25,640 nt of DNA from Chthoniobacteraceae bacterium (GTDB taxonomy: Bacteria > Verrucomicrobiota > Verrucomicrobiia > Chthoniobacterales > Chthoniobacteraceae). Position 1 is the stretch's first letter, and each line of letters begins with the position of its first letter. The DNA is taken from the NCBI GenBank assembly GCA_040081625.1, contig JBEBGD010000082.1, forward strand, positions 1 through 25,640, read 5' to 3'. Made by a program: the position numbers and the translations under genes. The notes under the pieces are model-generated. The model was not told where the DNA came from. It saw only the letters and a list, made by a program, of their open reading frames with translations, and made no database searches. This document shows positions 17,959-25,640 of this stretch, in pieces.

Positions 17959-18678
17959 ATGCCTGCTCCGCTGTCTTGGGATTCACCCGGCCTTTTCTGG
18001 GATTCGGGTGCGACCTGGGATGGCGTGGCGACCCGAAGAAATATGAATAACACCAAAGCAATCATCGACTTCAGCCCCTACACGGCGCCCGAGCTCGGTC
18101 CCCTCGCCCAAGCCATCCACGGCAAGTTGACCGAGAACGCGGCCACCTATGCCTCGCCACCCGTGACCATGGCGGCGCTGCAAGCGCTCATTAACACTTA
18201 CGACCAGAAGCTTGTGGCCCGCGCCAGTCGCGCCACGGCGGATGTGCTCGCCTTTAACGAAGCGCGCGAGATCCTCGAGGAGGCGCTCGGCACGCTGGGC
18301 AATTACGTCAATAGCGTCGCCAAGGGCGATCCGATGATCGTCGAGAAGAGCGGGTTTCCTTCCTATCAAACGGCGCACACGCCGGATCCTTCGCCGCCCG
18401 AGGCGCCGGAAAACCTGCGGTTGATGCATGGCGACACGAGCGGCTCGATCCGCGCGCGCTACAAGCCGGATCGTCCCAATAGCACGAACGAGGTGCAGGT
18501 GAACACCGGCGACCCGAACAACGCCGCCGACTGGCACACGAAGGGAATCTTCCAGAGCGGCCGGGCCGATCTCGACGGCTTCACGCCCGGCATCGTGGTG
18601 TGGGTGCGCGTCCGCACCGTGGGCCGCAAGGGCGTGATGGGCGCGTGGAGCGACCCGGCGCAGATCCGCGTGCTGTGA
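17959..18678 (+). CDS. Hypothetical protein: Trp-Asp repeat N-terminus, helical domain, C-terminal fibronectin type III-like domain
   Basis: WDSPGLFWDSGATWDG; amphipathic helices; PEAPENL...GFTPG..WVRVRTVG..G..GAWSDP FN3 pattern; AC-rich leader; alternative ATG 18043. Confidence 0.8.
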   Translation: MPAPLSWDSPGLFWDSGATWDGVATRRNMNNTKAIIDFSPYTAPELGPLAQAIHGKLTENAATYASPPVTMAALQALINTYDQKLVARASRATADVLAFNEAREILEEALGTLGNYVNSVAKGDPMIVEKSGFPSYQTAHTPDPSPPEAPENLRLMHGDTSGSIRARYKPDRPNSTNEVQVNTGDPNNAADWHTKGIFQSGRADLDGFTPGIVVWVRVRTVGRKGVMGAWSDPAQIRVL

Positions 18679-18726
18679 AAAGTCTCCTTCATCCTTCCAA
18701 CTTCAACCTTCGTCCTTTTCAAACCC

Positions 18727-18996
18727 ATGCCATACGATCCCACCAAACCCGCCACCGATTCCCCCGTCTCCTCCGCGGAGATGCGGGGCCAACTCACGTC
18801 GCTCAACGCTGACATCCAGACCCGGGCGACGCTCGCCGCGCTCGCGGCGGACCTCGCCGCGGCCATCGCCGGCACGAGCAGCAATAGCAATGCGGTCGGC
18901 ACCCTCAATCAGGGTGCGGACAGCTCTTACAACCAGAGCCAGATGCAGGAAGTGCTAAACAAGCTCGACGAGCTGATCAACGCGCTACGGCGGTAG
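18727..18996 (+). CDS. Small hypothetical protein, coiled-coil / fibre-like
   Basis: 89 aa, host-like codon usage, pyrimidine-rich leader; MPYDPTKP...SSAEMRGQLTSLNADI and C-terminal QMQEVLNKLDELINALRR amphipathic helix. Confidence 0.75.
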   Translation: MPYDPTKPATDSPVSSAEMRGQLTSLNADIQTRATLAALAADLAAAIAGTSSNSNAVGTLNQGADSSYNQSQMQEVLNKLDELINALRR

Positions 18997-19034
18997 CGGG
19001 CGCTCGCGGCGCCTGGGTGGTGGCTCCGTCTGGC

Positions 19035-19108
19035 TGTAGCGTCGGCTCTCCGAGCCGATGAAGTGCGCTGTGCCCGACGAGCGATCGGCTCAGAGAGCCG
19101 ACGCACCA
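19035..19108. repeat. REP doublet (REPIN-like), second family
   Basis: TGTAGCG-TCGGCTC-TCC-GAGCCGA-T (19035-19059) and inverted copy A-TCGGCTC-AGA-GAGCCGA-CGCACCA (19084-19108); core arms 20/21 identical. Confidence 0.75.
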
Positions 19109-19176
19109 CCTGCCGCCCGCCAAAGTGAGCCACTCCCGGCGCTTGCATCGCCGCGCGACTCCGGCAGTCTCGGGGC

Positions 19177-19716
19177 ATGATCTTCCCTCGCCTCGCCCTG
19201 CTGCTGCTCCTGCTCGCGACGCCCGCGTATTCGGCGGAGCCGGTGGACACGACGCCGAAGCTCGAGGTGCTCAACGGGCAGATCAAAATGAATCCCGAGG
19301 ATTCGCAGGCGCTGGCGAACCGCGGCTACACGCTGGCTTTGCTCGGGCGCAAGGAGGAGGCGCGCGCGGACATCAGGAAATCCGTCGAGCTGAAGGACAA
19401 CGCGCCGATGCGCAACCGTGCGGGGTGGTCGTATTTCAATCTCGGCGATTACGCGGACGCGGTGCGGGAGTTCGAGGCCTCGGTGAAGATGAGCAACTTC
19501 CGCGGGCACTATGACTATTACTCGCTGGTGCTGGGCTACTGGGGCACGGGGCAGACGAAGAAGGCGCTGGAGAATTACCATCTCGCCGTGGAGCGCGACC
19601 CGCGCTTTGGCGAATACAAGACGCTCGCGGAGCGCACGGCGGAATGGACGCCGCTGGAGCGCCGCGCGATCCACGAGACATACGTGCTGTGGAGCAAGGC
19701 GTGGAAGGCGCAGTAG
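19177..19716 (+). CDS. Tetratricopeptide repeat protein, exported
   Basis: Signal peptide ending AYSA; TPR motifs ALANRGYTLALLGRKEEA, NRAGWSYFNLGDYADA, GQTKKALENYHLAVERDP. Confidence 0.85.
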   Translation: MIFPRLALLLLLLATPAYSAEPVDTTPKLEVLNGQIKMNPEDSQALANRGYTLALLGRKEEARADIRKSVELKDNAPMRNRAGWSYFNLGDYADAVREFEASVKMSNFRGHYDYYSLVLGYWGTGQTKKALENYHLAVERDPRFGEYKTLAERTAEWTPLERRAIHETYVLWSKAWKAQ

Positions 19717-19767
19717 TCGCACGAAGGCAAAGAACCGCTTCACACGCGGGTCAACGCGAGCACCCGC

Positions 19768-21132
19768 ATGAACGTCTCCCGCCGCCGCTTTCTCCAGTCC
19801 ACGCTCGCTGCGTCCGTCGCCGCGCGCGCGGCGAGTGAACCCGCGCTGCGTATCGCGCCGTTTCGTTTCGAGGTGACGCCGCCGGTCGGGCATCCGCTCT
19901 GCGGCGGCTGGATCACGCCGGTGGTGGATCACGAGGACGCACTGGAGGCGATCGGTTTTGTGATCCTCGGCGCGGGCAAACCGACGGTGGTGTGCGCGGT
20001 GGATTGGACGGGGATCTTGAACGAAGCGCACGTCGCATGGCGCACGGCGCTCGCGGAAGCGGCCGGGACGACGCCGGATCGCGTAGCGGTGCAGTGTGTG
20101 CATCAGCACGACGCGCCTTTCGTGTGCCTTCATGCGCAGCGACTGGTGACGGAACAGGGCGATGGCTTGCGCGTGGTGGACACGGAGTTTTTTGAGCAGT
20201 GCCTCGATCGCGGACGCGCGGCGGTGAAAGCGGCGGTGGCGAAGGCGCGGCCTTTCACACACATGGCGCAGGGCGAGGCGCGCGTGGAGAAGGTGGCGGG
20301 AAACCGGCGCGTGTTGCTCGGGCCGGATGGGAAGGTGGCGAAGATGCGCGGGAGTGCGTGCAAGGACCCCGAGCTGATCGCGCTGCCGGAGGGGTTGATC
20401 GATCCGATGCTCAAGACCGTGGCCTTCTACGATGGCGAGGAGAAGGTGGTCGCGTGCCATTACTACGCGACGCATCCGATGAGCCACTACGGCCGCGGGC
20501 ATGTGAGCAGCGATTTCCCCGGGCTCGCGCGGAAACGCCGGCAGAAGGATGAGCCGGGCTGCACGCATCTCTATTTCACCGGCGCGGCGGGGAACATCGG
20601 CGCGGGAAAATATAATGACGGCTCGCCCGAGGCGCGCGTGCAACTCACGCAGCGCATTTACGACGGGATCGTCGCGGCGGACAAGACGCTGCGGCGCGCG
20701 CCGGTCGGGCGGGTGTCGTGGAAGACGAGCGATGTGGTGCCGGAGGTGAATCCCGTTTTCACCGAGGAGAAGGAGATGGCGATGCTGCTCAACAAGAAGA
20801 ACGCGGCGGCGAATCGAATCCGGCCCGCGATGCGCGTGGCGTGGATGCGGCGGATCGCCGCGCGCACGCCGATCGTGCTGAGCGCGCTGCATGTGAACGA
20901 GGCGACGCTGCTGCATCTGCCGGCGGAGTCGTTCGTGGAGTATCAACTCCGCGCGCAGAAGCTCGCGCCGGGACGCTTCGTGGCGACCGCGGCGTATGGC
21001 GATGGCGGGCCGTGGTATATCCCGACGCGCGAGGAATACCCGAAGGGCGGTTACGAGGTGAGCGTGGCGAATTGCGCGGACAGCGTGGACGACGTGCTCA
21101 CACGCGGGATGCGCGATCTTCTCAACACATGA
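19768..21132 (+). CDS. Tat-exported conserved hypothetical protein, neutral-ceramidase-like metal hydrolase fold (PVC family)
   Basis: SRRRFL Tat signal; EVTPPVG, VHQHDAP, IDPML, YATHP, SSDFPG, GAAGNI, LPAESFVEY, YIPT..EYPKGGYE. Confidence 0.65.
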   Translation: MNVSRRRFLQSTLAASVAARAASEPALRIAPFRFEVTPPVGHPLCGGWITPVVDHEDALEAIGFVILGAGKPTVVCAVDWTGILNEAHVAWRTALAEAAGTTPDRVAVQCVHQHDAPFVCLHAQRLVTEQGDGLRVVDTEFFEQCLDRGRAAVKAAVAKARPFTHMAQGEARVEKVAGNRRVLLGPDGKVAKMRGSACKDPELIALPEGLIDPMLKTVAFYDGEEKVVACHYYATHPMSHYGRGHVSSDFPGLARKRRQKDEPGCTHLYFTGAAGNIGAGKYNDGSPEARVQLTQRIYDGIVAADKTLRRAPVGRVSWKTSDVVPEVNPVFTEEKEMAMLLNKKNAAANRIRPAMRVAWMRRIAARTPIVLSALHVNEATLLHLPAESFVEYQLRAQKLAPGRFVATAAYGDGGPWYIPTREEYPKGGYEVSVANCADSVDDVLTRGMRDLLNT

Positions 21133-22154
21133 AACGCCGCACTTTCCTCCAACTCATCGCCAGCACAGCCGCAGCCGCCGCGCAATGGCAGCCGGTGAAG
21201 AATGCCGCCGACTGGCCGAAACGCCGCGCGGCGATCCTCGCGGCGGCACAGGAGATCATGGGGCCGCTGCCCGGCGCGGAGAAACGGTGCGCGCTCGATG
21301 TGCAGGTGAGCGAGGAAGTCGATTGCGGCAGCCATGTGCGGCGGCTGATCACGTATGCGAGCGAGCCGGGCTCGCGCACGCCGGCTTATCTGCTCATCCC
21401 GAAGACCGCGCTCGCCGGCAAAGCCGCACCCGCCGCGCTGTGCCTGCACGGGACGAACAACGACATCGGCCACGCGGTGGTGATCGAGGGGCTCGGCAAC
21501 AAGACTCCGAACCGGCAATACGCGAGCGAGCTGGCGGACCGCGGCTTCGTGACGCTCGCGCCGAACTACCCGCTGCTCGCGAAGTATCAGCCGGAGATCT
21601 TCAAGCTCGGCTACGCGAGCGGCACGATGAAGGCGATCTGGGATAACGTGCGCGGGCTCGATCTGTTCGACTCGATGCCCGAGGTGAAGCACGGCGCGTA
21701 TGGCGCGATCGGGCATTCGCTCGGCGGGCACAACTCGGTCTATACCGCTGTCTTCGACGAGCGGATCAAGGCAGTGGTCACGAGCTGCGGGCTCGACTCG
21801 TATCGCGACTACATGGACGGCGACCCGAAGCGCTGGGCGCACGGGCAGGGCTGGTGTCAGGATCGTTACATGCCGCGGCTCGCGAAGTATCAAGGCCGGC
21901 TCGACGAGATCCCGTTCGACTTTGACGGACTGCTCGCGGCGATCGCGCCGCGGCGCGTGTTCATCAGTGCGCCGCTGAAGGACTCGAACTTCCGCTGGCA
22001 GAGCGTGGATCGCGTGGTGGCATCGGCGCGTGAAGTGTATGCGCTGCTCGGCGCGCCGGACGGGATCACGGTCGAGCATCCGGACTGCCCGCACGACTTT
22101 CCCGAGGACGTGCGGAAGCGGGCCTACGCGTTCCTCGAGAAGACGCTGGCGTGA
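21129..22154 (+). CDS. Alpha/beta hydrolase (dienelactone hydrolase / acetyl xylan esterase-like), Tat-type signal
   Basis: ATGA overlap; KRRTFL; PAYLLIP, LCLHGT, IGHSLGGHN nucleophile, IAPRRVF, D and HDFP catalytic candidates. Confidence 0.85.
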   Translation: MKRRTFLQLIASTAAAAAQWQPVKNAADWPKRRAAILAAAQEIMGPLPGAEKRCALDVQVSEEVDCGSHVRRLITYASEPGSRTPAYLLIPKTALAGKAAPAALCLHGTNNDIGHAVVIEGLGNKTPNRQYASELADRGFVTLAPNYPLLAKYQPEIFKLGYASGTMKAIWDNVRGLDLFDSMPEVKHGAYGAIGHSLGGHNSVYTAVFDERIKAVVTSCGLDSYRDYMDGDPKRWAHGQGWCQDRYMPRLAKYQGRLDEIPFDFDGLLAAIAPRRVFISAPLKDSNFRWQSVDRVVASAREVYALLGAPDGITVEHPDCPHDFPEDVRKRAYAFLEKTLA

Positions 22155-22636
22155 TCGCATTTCGCCGCGCGACGACTGCCGACGTGCCGCTACTGCGCGA
22201 TCTCGCGGAGCGAATCTGGCGCGCGTATTACCCGGTGATCATCGGCGCCGAGCAGGTCGAGTATATGCTCGCACGGATGTATTCGGCGGAGACGATTCTC
22301 CGCGAGATGAACGATGGCGTGGTGTGGGAATTGGCGACGCTCGACGCGGAGACGATCGGCTTTCTCTCCGTCACGCCGGACGCGCACGCGAAGCTGAACA
22401 AGCTCTACCTTCTCCCCGAACTGCACGGACGCGGACTCGGCGCGGCGATGATCGAGCACGCCTGCGTGGTCGCAACCGAACACGGCGCCACCGAGCTGTG
22501 GCTGCAAGTGAACAAGCGCAACGAGCGCGCGCTGCGCGCCTACGAGCGCGCGGGCTTCCGCCGCGTGAAGGAAGCGGTCTTCGACATCGGCGGTGAGTTC
22601 GTGATGGACGACTACGTGCTCGCGCGGACGCTTTAG
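22151..22636 (+). CDS. GNAT-family N-acetyltransferase
   Basis: GTGA overlap; KLYLLPELHGRGLG acetyl-CoA motif A, LQVNKRNERA..YERAGF, DIGGEFVMDDY. Confidence 0.9.
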   Translation: MIAFRRATTADVPLLRDLAERIWRAYYPVIIGAEQVEYMLARMYSAETILREMNDGVVWELATLDAETIGFLSVTPDAHAKLNKLYLLPELHGRGLGAAMIEHACVVATEHGATELWLQVNKRNERALRAYERAGFRRVKEAVFDIGGEFVMDDYVLARTL

Positions 22637-23850
22637 CGCGACTTCAGCGCATCGAGCAGCGAGCCGGTGCCGGGCTTGCGTGCGGTGAAGATGATCGAAC
22701 CGGCGTGCTGCGGCGCGATGCCGGTGGGGATGTCCATCGCGCGGAGCTGGAAGACCGGGAAGACGCCGTCGGGGTGCGCGGCGCCGCGTTCCTCGATCAT
22801 CAGGAAACACGAGAAGTGGCCGCCGGGATTTTCGCCGATGAGCGCCTCAACCGGCATCGGTTCGCCCTGGCGCATCTCGATCCAGCGCCCGGCCACCATG
22901 GGAACAATGGGCGCGCTGCCGACATTGTCGGCTTCGTTGGCCTCGGGCAACACTCGGTAGAGCCCGAGACTGGCGTCGAGCACATTGCGGCCTTTGCAGC
23001 GGACGATGAGGATGTCGTCGGCGGATCCGACGAAGCGGAATGTCCCCGTGCGCGGCGCGATGATCTGGCCGCGGTAGTGAACGAGCCAGCGCCGGCCCTC
23101 ACATTCCTTTTCCACCTGGAAGGCCTTCGGCGCTTCTTCCGCGAGCAACTGCGGGATGAACAGTTGCGTGAGCGCCACCTGCCGCGGCGCCTTGAAATAG
23201 CGGTCGAGTTGCGACGTGCTCCACGAGCCTTTCACAAAATGGCTGACCACTTCCTTGTAGCGCATCGCCTTTGGTCCTTGGAGGTCGAGGCCTTCGCCGG
23301 GCTCTGCAGCCATGTCGGTCGGCTTGCGATCGCGCGTTTGCTTGAGGTCGTAAAACGTGCCGATCAGCCCGTCGCCGCCGCCGCGAAAGCCGAAGAGCGT
23401 CATGCCCGCGCCGCCGCTGCCGGCGCCGCTGCCCATTCCGGAGCCCATGCCGATGCCTTGTCCAAATCCCACACCGCCCATGCCGGCCATCATGCCCGGA
23501 GTCACGTTGCTGGCGGATGGGATCGCGGGCATTTCCGGCAGCGAAATGTTCGCGAGTCCCGCGGTGACGATGCGCTTCGCCTGCGGTGGCGCGCCGCCGG
23601 ACTTCTTTTTCTGCGCCATCGTCACCTTGTGTTCGAGCGCGCGCTGGCTCGGATTGACCGATGGCGGGCCGGCCTGGAAGGTGACCCTCCGCTTCGCCGC
23701 GACGCGCTGCACGATGAGGTAAGTCGCACCGACGCCGAACAGCAGATGCACGACGATGCTGACGAGCAGGAACTTGCTCGCGAACAGCCGCGCCCACAGG
23801 CGGCGGCGGCGCTGAGAGGGACTGGGATTGGGCGCGTCCATGTTCGTCAC
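22633..23850 (-). CDS. Single-pass membrane protein with Pro/Gly-rich linker and C-terminal PA14-like domain
   Basis: TM with SIVVH motif, GMG-rich linker, GLIGTFYDLKQ, WLVHYRG, TFRFVGSADDILIV, ALIGENPGG. Confidence 0.7.
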   Translation of the reverse strand: MTNMDAPNPSPSQRRRRLWARLFASKFLLVSIVVHLLFGVGATYLIVQRVAAKRRVTFQAGPPSVNPSQRALEHKVTMAQKKKSGGAPPQAKRIVTAGLANISLPEMPAIPSASNVTPGMMAGMGGVGFGQGIGMGSGMGSGAGSGGAGMTLFGFRGGGDGLIGTFYDLKQTRDRKPTDMAAEPGEGLDLQGPKAMRYKEVVSHFVKGSWSTSQLDRYFKAPRQVALTQLFIPQLLAEEAPKAFQVEKECEGRRWLVHYRGQIIAPRTGTFRFVGSADDILIVRCKGRNVLDASLGLYRVLPEANEADNVGSAPIVPMVAGRWIEMRQGEPMPVEALIGENPGGHFSCFLMIEERGAAHPDGVFPVFQLRAMDIPTGIAPQHAGSIIFTARKPGTGSLLDALKSR

Positions 23851-24296
23851 TCCTCCTCGCCCACGGTGAACGTCACGTTCTCGATCTGCGCGACGGCGAG
23901 CGCGTCGAGCACGTCGATGGTGCGCGCGTATTTTGCCTCGGGCTCGCTGATCACCGTCACCAGCGTCGGTGCCTTCGCGGCGTCGCTCGCTTGCTTCAGG
24001 CGAAGCAGCGTGCCGCGGAGCTGCGGGAGTTGTTTGTCCGCCGGCGCGTCCATCGGCTCGTCGTTCAGCGTCACTTCGCCGGTCTCGGAGATGTTGATGA
24101 TGATTTCGTCCACGAACTCCGTCGGCCCGCTCGTCTCCGCGGTGCCGGGCAGCTTCGTGTTCAGCTCGCGCTCCACCTTCACCGCGCCGGCCATGACCAT
24201 GAAGAAGAGCATGATGACGAACACCACGTCGATCATCGGCGCGATCTGGAAGCCGAGGTGCATGTCGTTGCCGGCAGTGGGATCGAATCGTTTCAT
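23847..24296 (-). CDS. exbD: ExbD/TolR biopolymer transport protein
   Basis: FQIAPMIDVVFVIMLFFM TM with conserved Asp; periplasmic domain ending IENVTF. Confidence 0.88.
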   Translation of the reverse strand: MKRFDPTAGNDMHLGFQIAPMIDVVFVIMLFFMVMAGAVKVERELNTKLPGTAETSGPTEFVDEIIINISETGEVTLNDEPMDAPADKQLPQLRGTLLRLKQASDAAKAPTLVTVISEPEAKYARTIDVLDALAVAQIENVTFTVGEEE

Positions 24297-24300
24297 CGGC

Positions 24301-24759
24301 TCAGTCGCGGTTCACCGCGGAGAAGGAAATGTCGCTGATGCCGGCCTCGGCCGCGGTGTTCATCGCGCGCGAGACGCTCAGCGCGGTCGCGTCGCGGTCG
24401 CCGCGGATCACGCAGCGGAAGGTGGGGTTCGGCCCCTTCGCGATCTTTGCTTCGCCCGTCTTCTTCGCGGCGGCGAGCGCCTTGCCCAGCTCGGCGAGGT
24501 CGGCAAAGGCGCGGTCGTCCATCGTGTAGGCCGCCTTCTTCTTCGCGCCGTCCCATTTCACGTTCACGATCGCCTCGGCCCGCTGGCTGTCTTTTTTCAG
24601 CGCGTTCGCGGAGATGGGCAGCTCGATGCTCTTGTCCACCTTCAGCACCTGGGCCGTCGTGATGCTCATGAAAAAGATGAGCAGCACGAGCAGCACATCG
24701 ATCATCGGCGCGATCTGAAATTCCGGCTCGCCGTCTCCCCCGCCAGCGCTCCCGGCCAT
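24301..24759 (-). CDS. exbD: ExbD/TolR biopolymer transport protein
   Basis: FQIAPMIDVLLVLLIFFM, IELP, VIRGDRD, AGISDISF. Confidence 0.9.
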   Translation of the reverse strand: MAGSAGGGDGEPEFQIAPMIDVLLVLLIFFMSITTAQVLKVDKSIELPISANALKKDSQRAEAIVNVKWDGAKKKAAYTMDDRAFADLAELGKALAAAKKTGEAKIAKGPNPTFRCVIRGDRDATALSVSRAMNTAAEAGISDISFSAVNRD

Positions 24760-25574
24760 TATGCTTGCGAAGGTTTAGCTTCGCCCTCGGCCCGCCACCA
24801 CTCGGGATCGGCTGCGTAGAGTTCCTCGTCGCCGATGTGGACGCCCGCGAGTTTGTCGTAGGGCATCTTGCGCAGCAGGCTCGCCATCGTGTCCTGGATG
24901 TCGTGCAGCGCCTTCGCGGCGCGCGCGCGCAGGTAGTAGTAGGCGCCGAAGGCCGGGATCGCGATGAAGAGGCCGCTCGCAGTGGCGACGAGCACTTCAC
25001 CGATCGCCGCGGAGAGCGACGACGGATCGCCGATGCCCGAGGTGCCGAGCGTGGCGAAGGCCTTGATCATGCCCGTGACGGTGCCGAGCAGGCCGATCAT
25101 CGGCGCGCAGACGCCGATCACCGAGAGGTAGCTGATGTAGGTCTGCATTCGCGAATTCTCCTTCGCCGCTTCCGCGACCATGCCTTCCTCGACGGCGGAC
25201 TTGCCCTCGCCGAGCAGGCTCACCGCGACGCCGCACACGTTCGTGAACGGCGACGGGTGCGCGCGGCAATACGCGAACGTGTCGGGATACTTGCCCGCGC
25301 GGAAGAGATTGCGCACGGCCTCCACCTGGTCGGGCGGCAGCACTTTCTTCGGGCTCGTGACGCGGATGATGCCGTCGCCGATGAGGAAGAGCGTGAGCAC
25401 CGAGCAGGCGCCGATCGGCACCATCACCCAGCCGCCCTCGCGGATTTGCTGCCAGAGCGACTTGGAGTGAACGGCGGGCGCCTTTTCATCGGCCGGTGGA
25501 GCCTCCTCGGCGAAGGCGGTTGCGGAGATGAGCAGCGCGGCGAGCGCAAGCAGGAGATGAGGTCGTCTTTTCAT
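24759..25574 (-). CDS. exbB: ExbB/TolQ/MotA proton channel protein with cleavable-looking signal peptide
   Basis: GGWVMVPI, APMIGLLGTVTGMIKAF, IGEVLVATASGLFIAIPA. Confidence 0.9.
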   Translation of the reverse strand: MKRRPHLLLALAALLISATAFAEEAPPADEKAPAVHSKSLWQQIREGGWVMVPIGACSVLTLFLIGDGIIRVTSPKKVLPPDQVEAVRNLFRAGKYPDTFAYCRAHPSPFTNVCGVAVSLLGEGKSAVEEGMVAEAAKENSRMQTYISYLSVIGVCAPMIGLLGTVTGMIKAFATLGTSGIGDPSSLSAAIGEVLVATASGLFIAIPAFGAYYYLRARAAKALHDIQDTMASLLRKMPYDKLAGVHIGDEELYAADPEWWRAEGEAKPSQA

Positions 25575-25590
25575 GGCGTGATGGGTTGAG

Positions 25591-25638
25591 TCATTTCGGT
25601 GGCGCGAGCGCCTTTTCGCGGCGCGCGATCTTTTCCAG
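25591..25638 (-). CDS. 3' end of an upstream gene (truncated by window edge), function not assignable
   Basis: Minus strand reads ...LEKIARREKALAPPK-TGA ending 16 bp before the exbB start. Confidence 0.4.
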   Translation of the reverse strand: MEKIARREKALAPPK

Positions 25639-25640
25639 CT

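Noticed and set aside
17456..18046. ORFs running through the array (17456-18046 +, 17490-17939 +, 17512-17955 -, 17763-18065 -)
   Set aside because: Open frames follow from a stop-free 21-nt unit; flanks are not protein-like, two overlap the FN3 gene, and substitutions are not synonymous-biased. Not fully excluded
17125..18996. Prophage remnant or quorum-sensing locus
   Set aside because: No integrase, terminase, capsid or tail genes; LuxR lacks an autoinducer-binding domain and no luxI is present
23395..23500. GC-rich low-complexity repeat
   Set aside because: Explained by the Gly/Met-rich protein linker

Overview
High-GC bacterial DNA whose gene content (PVC-type heme-c/dehydrogenase protein, several sulfatases, PVC-style ECF sigma, exbB-exbD-exbD plus a PA14-like protein, pyrimidine/CA-rich leaders without Shine-Dalgarno) suggests Verrucomicrobia/PVC; this is an inference. 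Left part: 3' end of pabB, then a tightly coupled operon (DUF4432/aldose-epimerase-like, two sulfatases, PfkB kinase, esterase, large LamG/glycoside-hydrolase-like protein), an atypical ECF sigma, a minus-strand PQQ-propeller + amidohydrolase pair and a PVC heme-binding dehydrogenase carrying an in-frame REP doublet. The centre (about 15.96-19.11 kb) is accessory: two orphan membrane ORFs with a degenerate 59-bp attC-like site and an 80-bp palindromic element, followed by the most unusual locus: a solo LuxR-type HTH gene with a perfect 20-bp palindrome, a 12-copy 21-bp (3x7-nt) tandem array, a helical+FN3-like protein with a WD-x-WD-x-WD N-terminus, a small fibre-like protein and a REP doublet. 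Right part: TPR protein, two Tat-type proteins, GNAT and an exbB-exbD-exbD-PA14-like cluster. No rRNA, tRNA, CRISPR, integrase or transposase was recognised. All calls come from motif recognition by eye; no searches were run.
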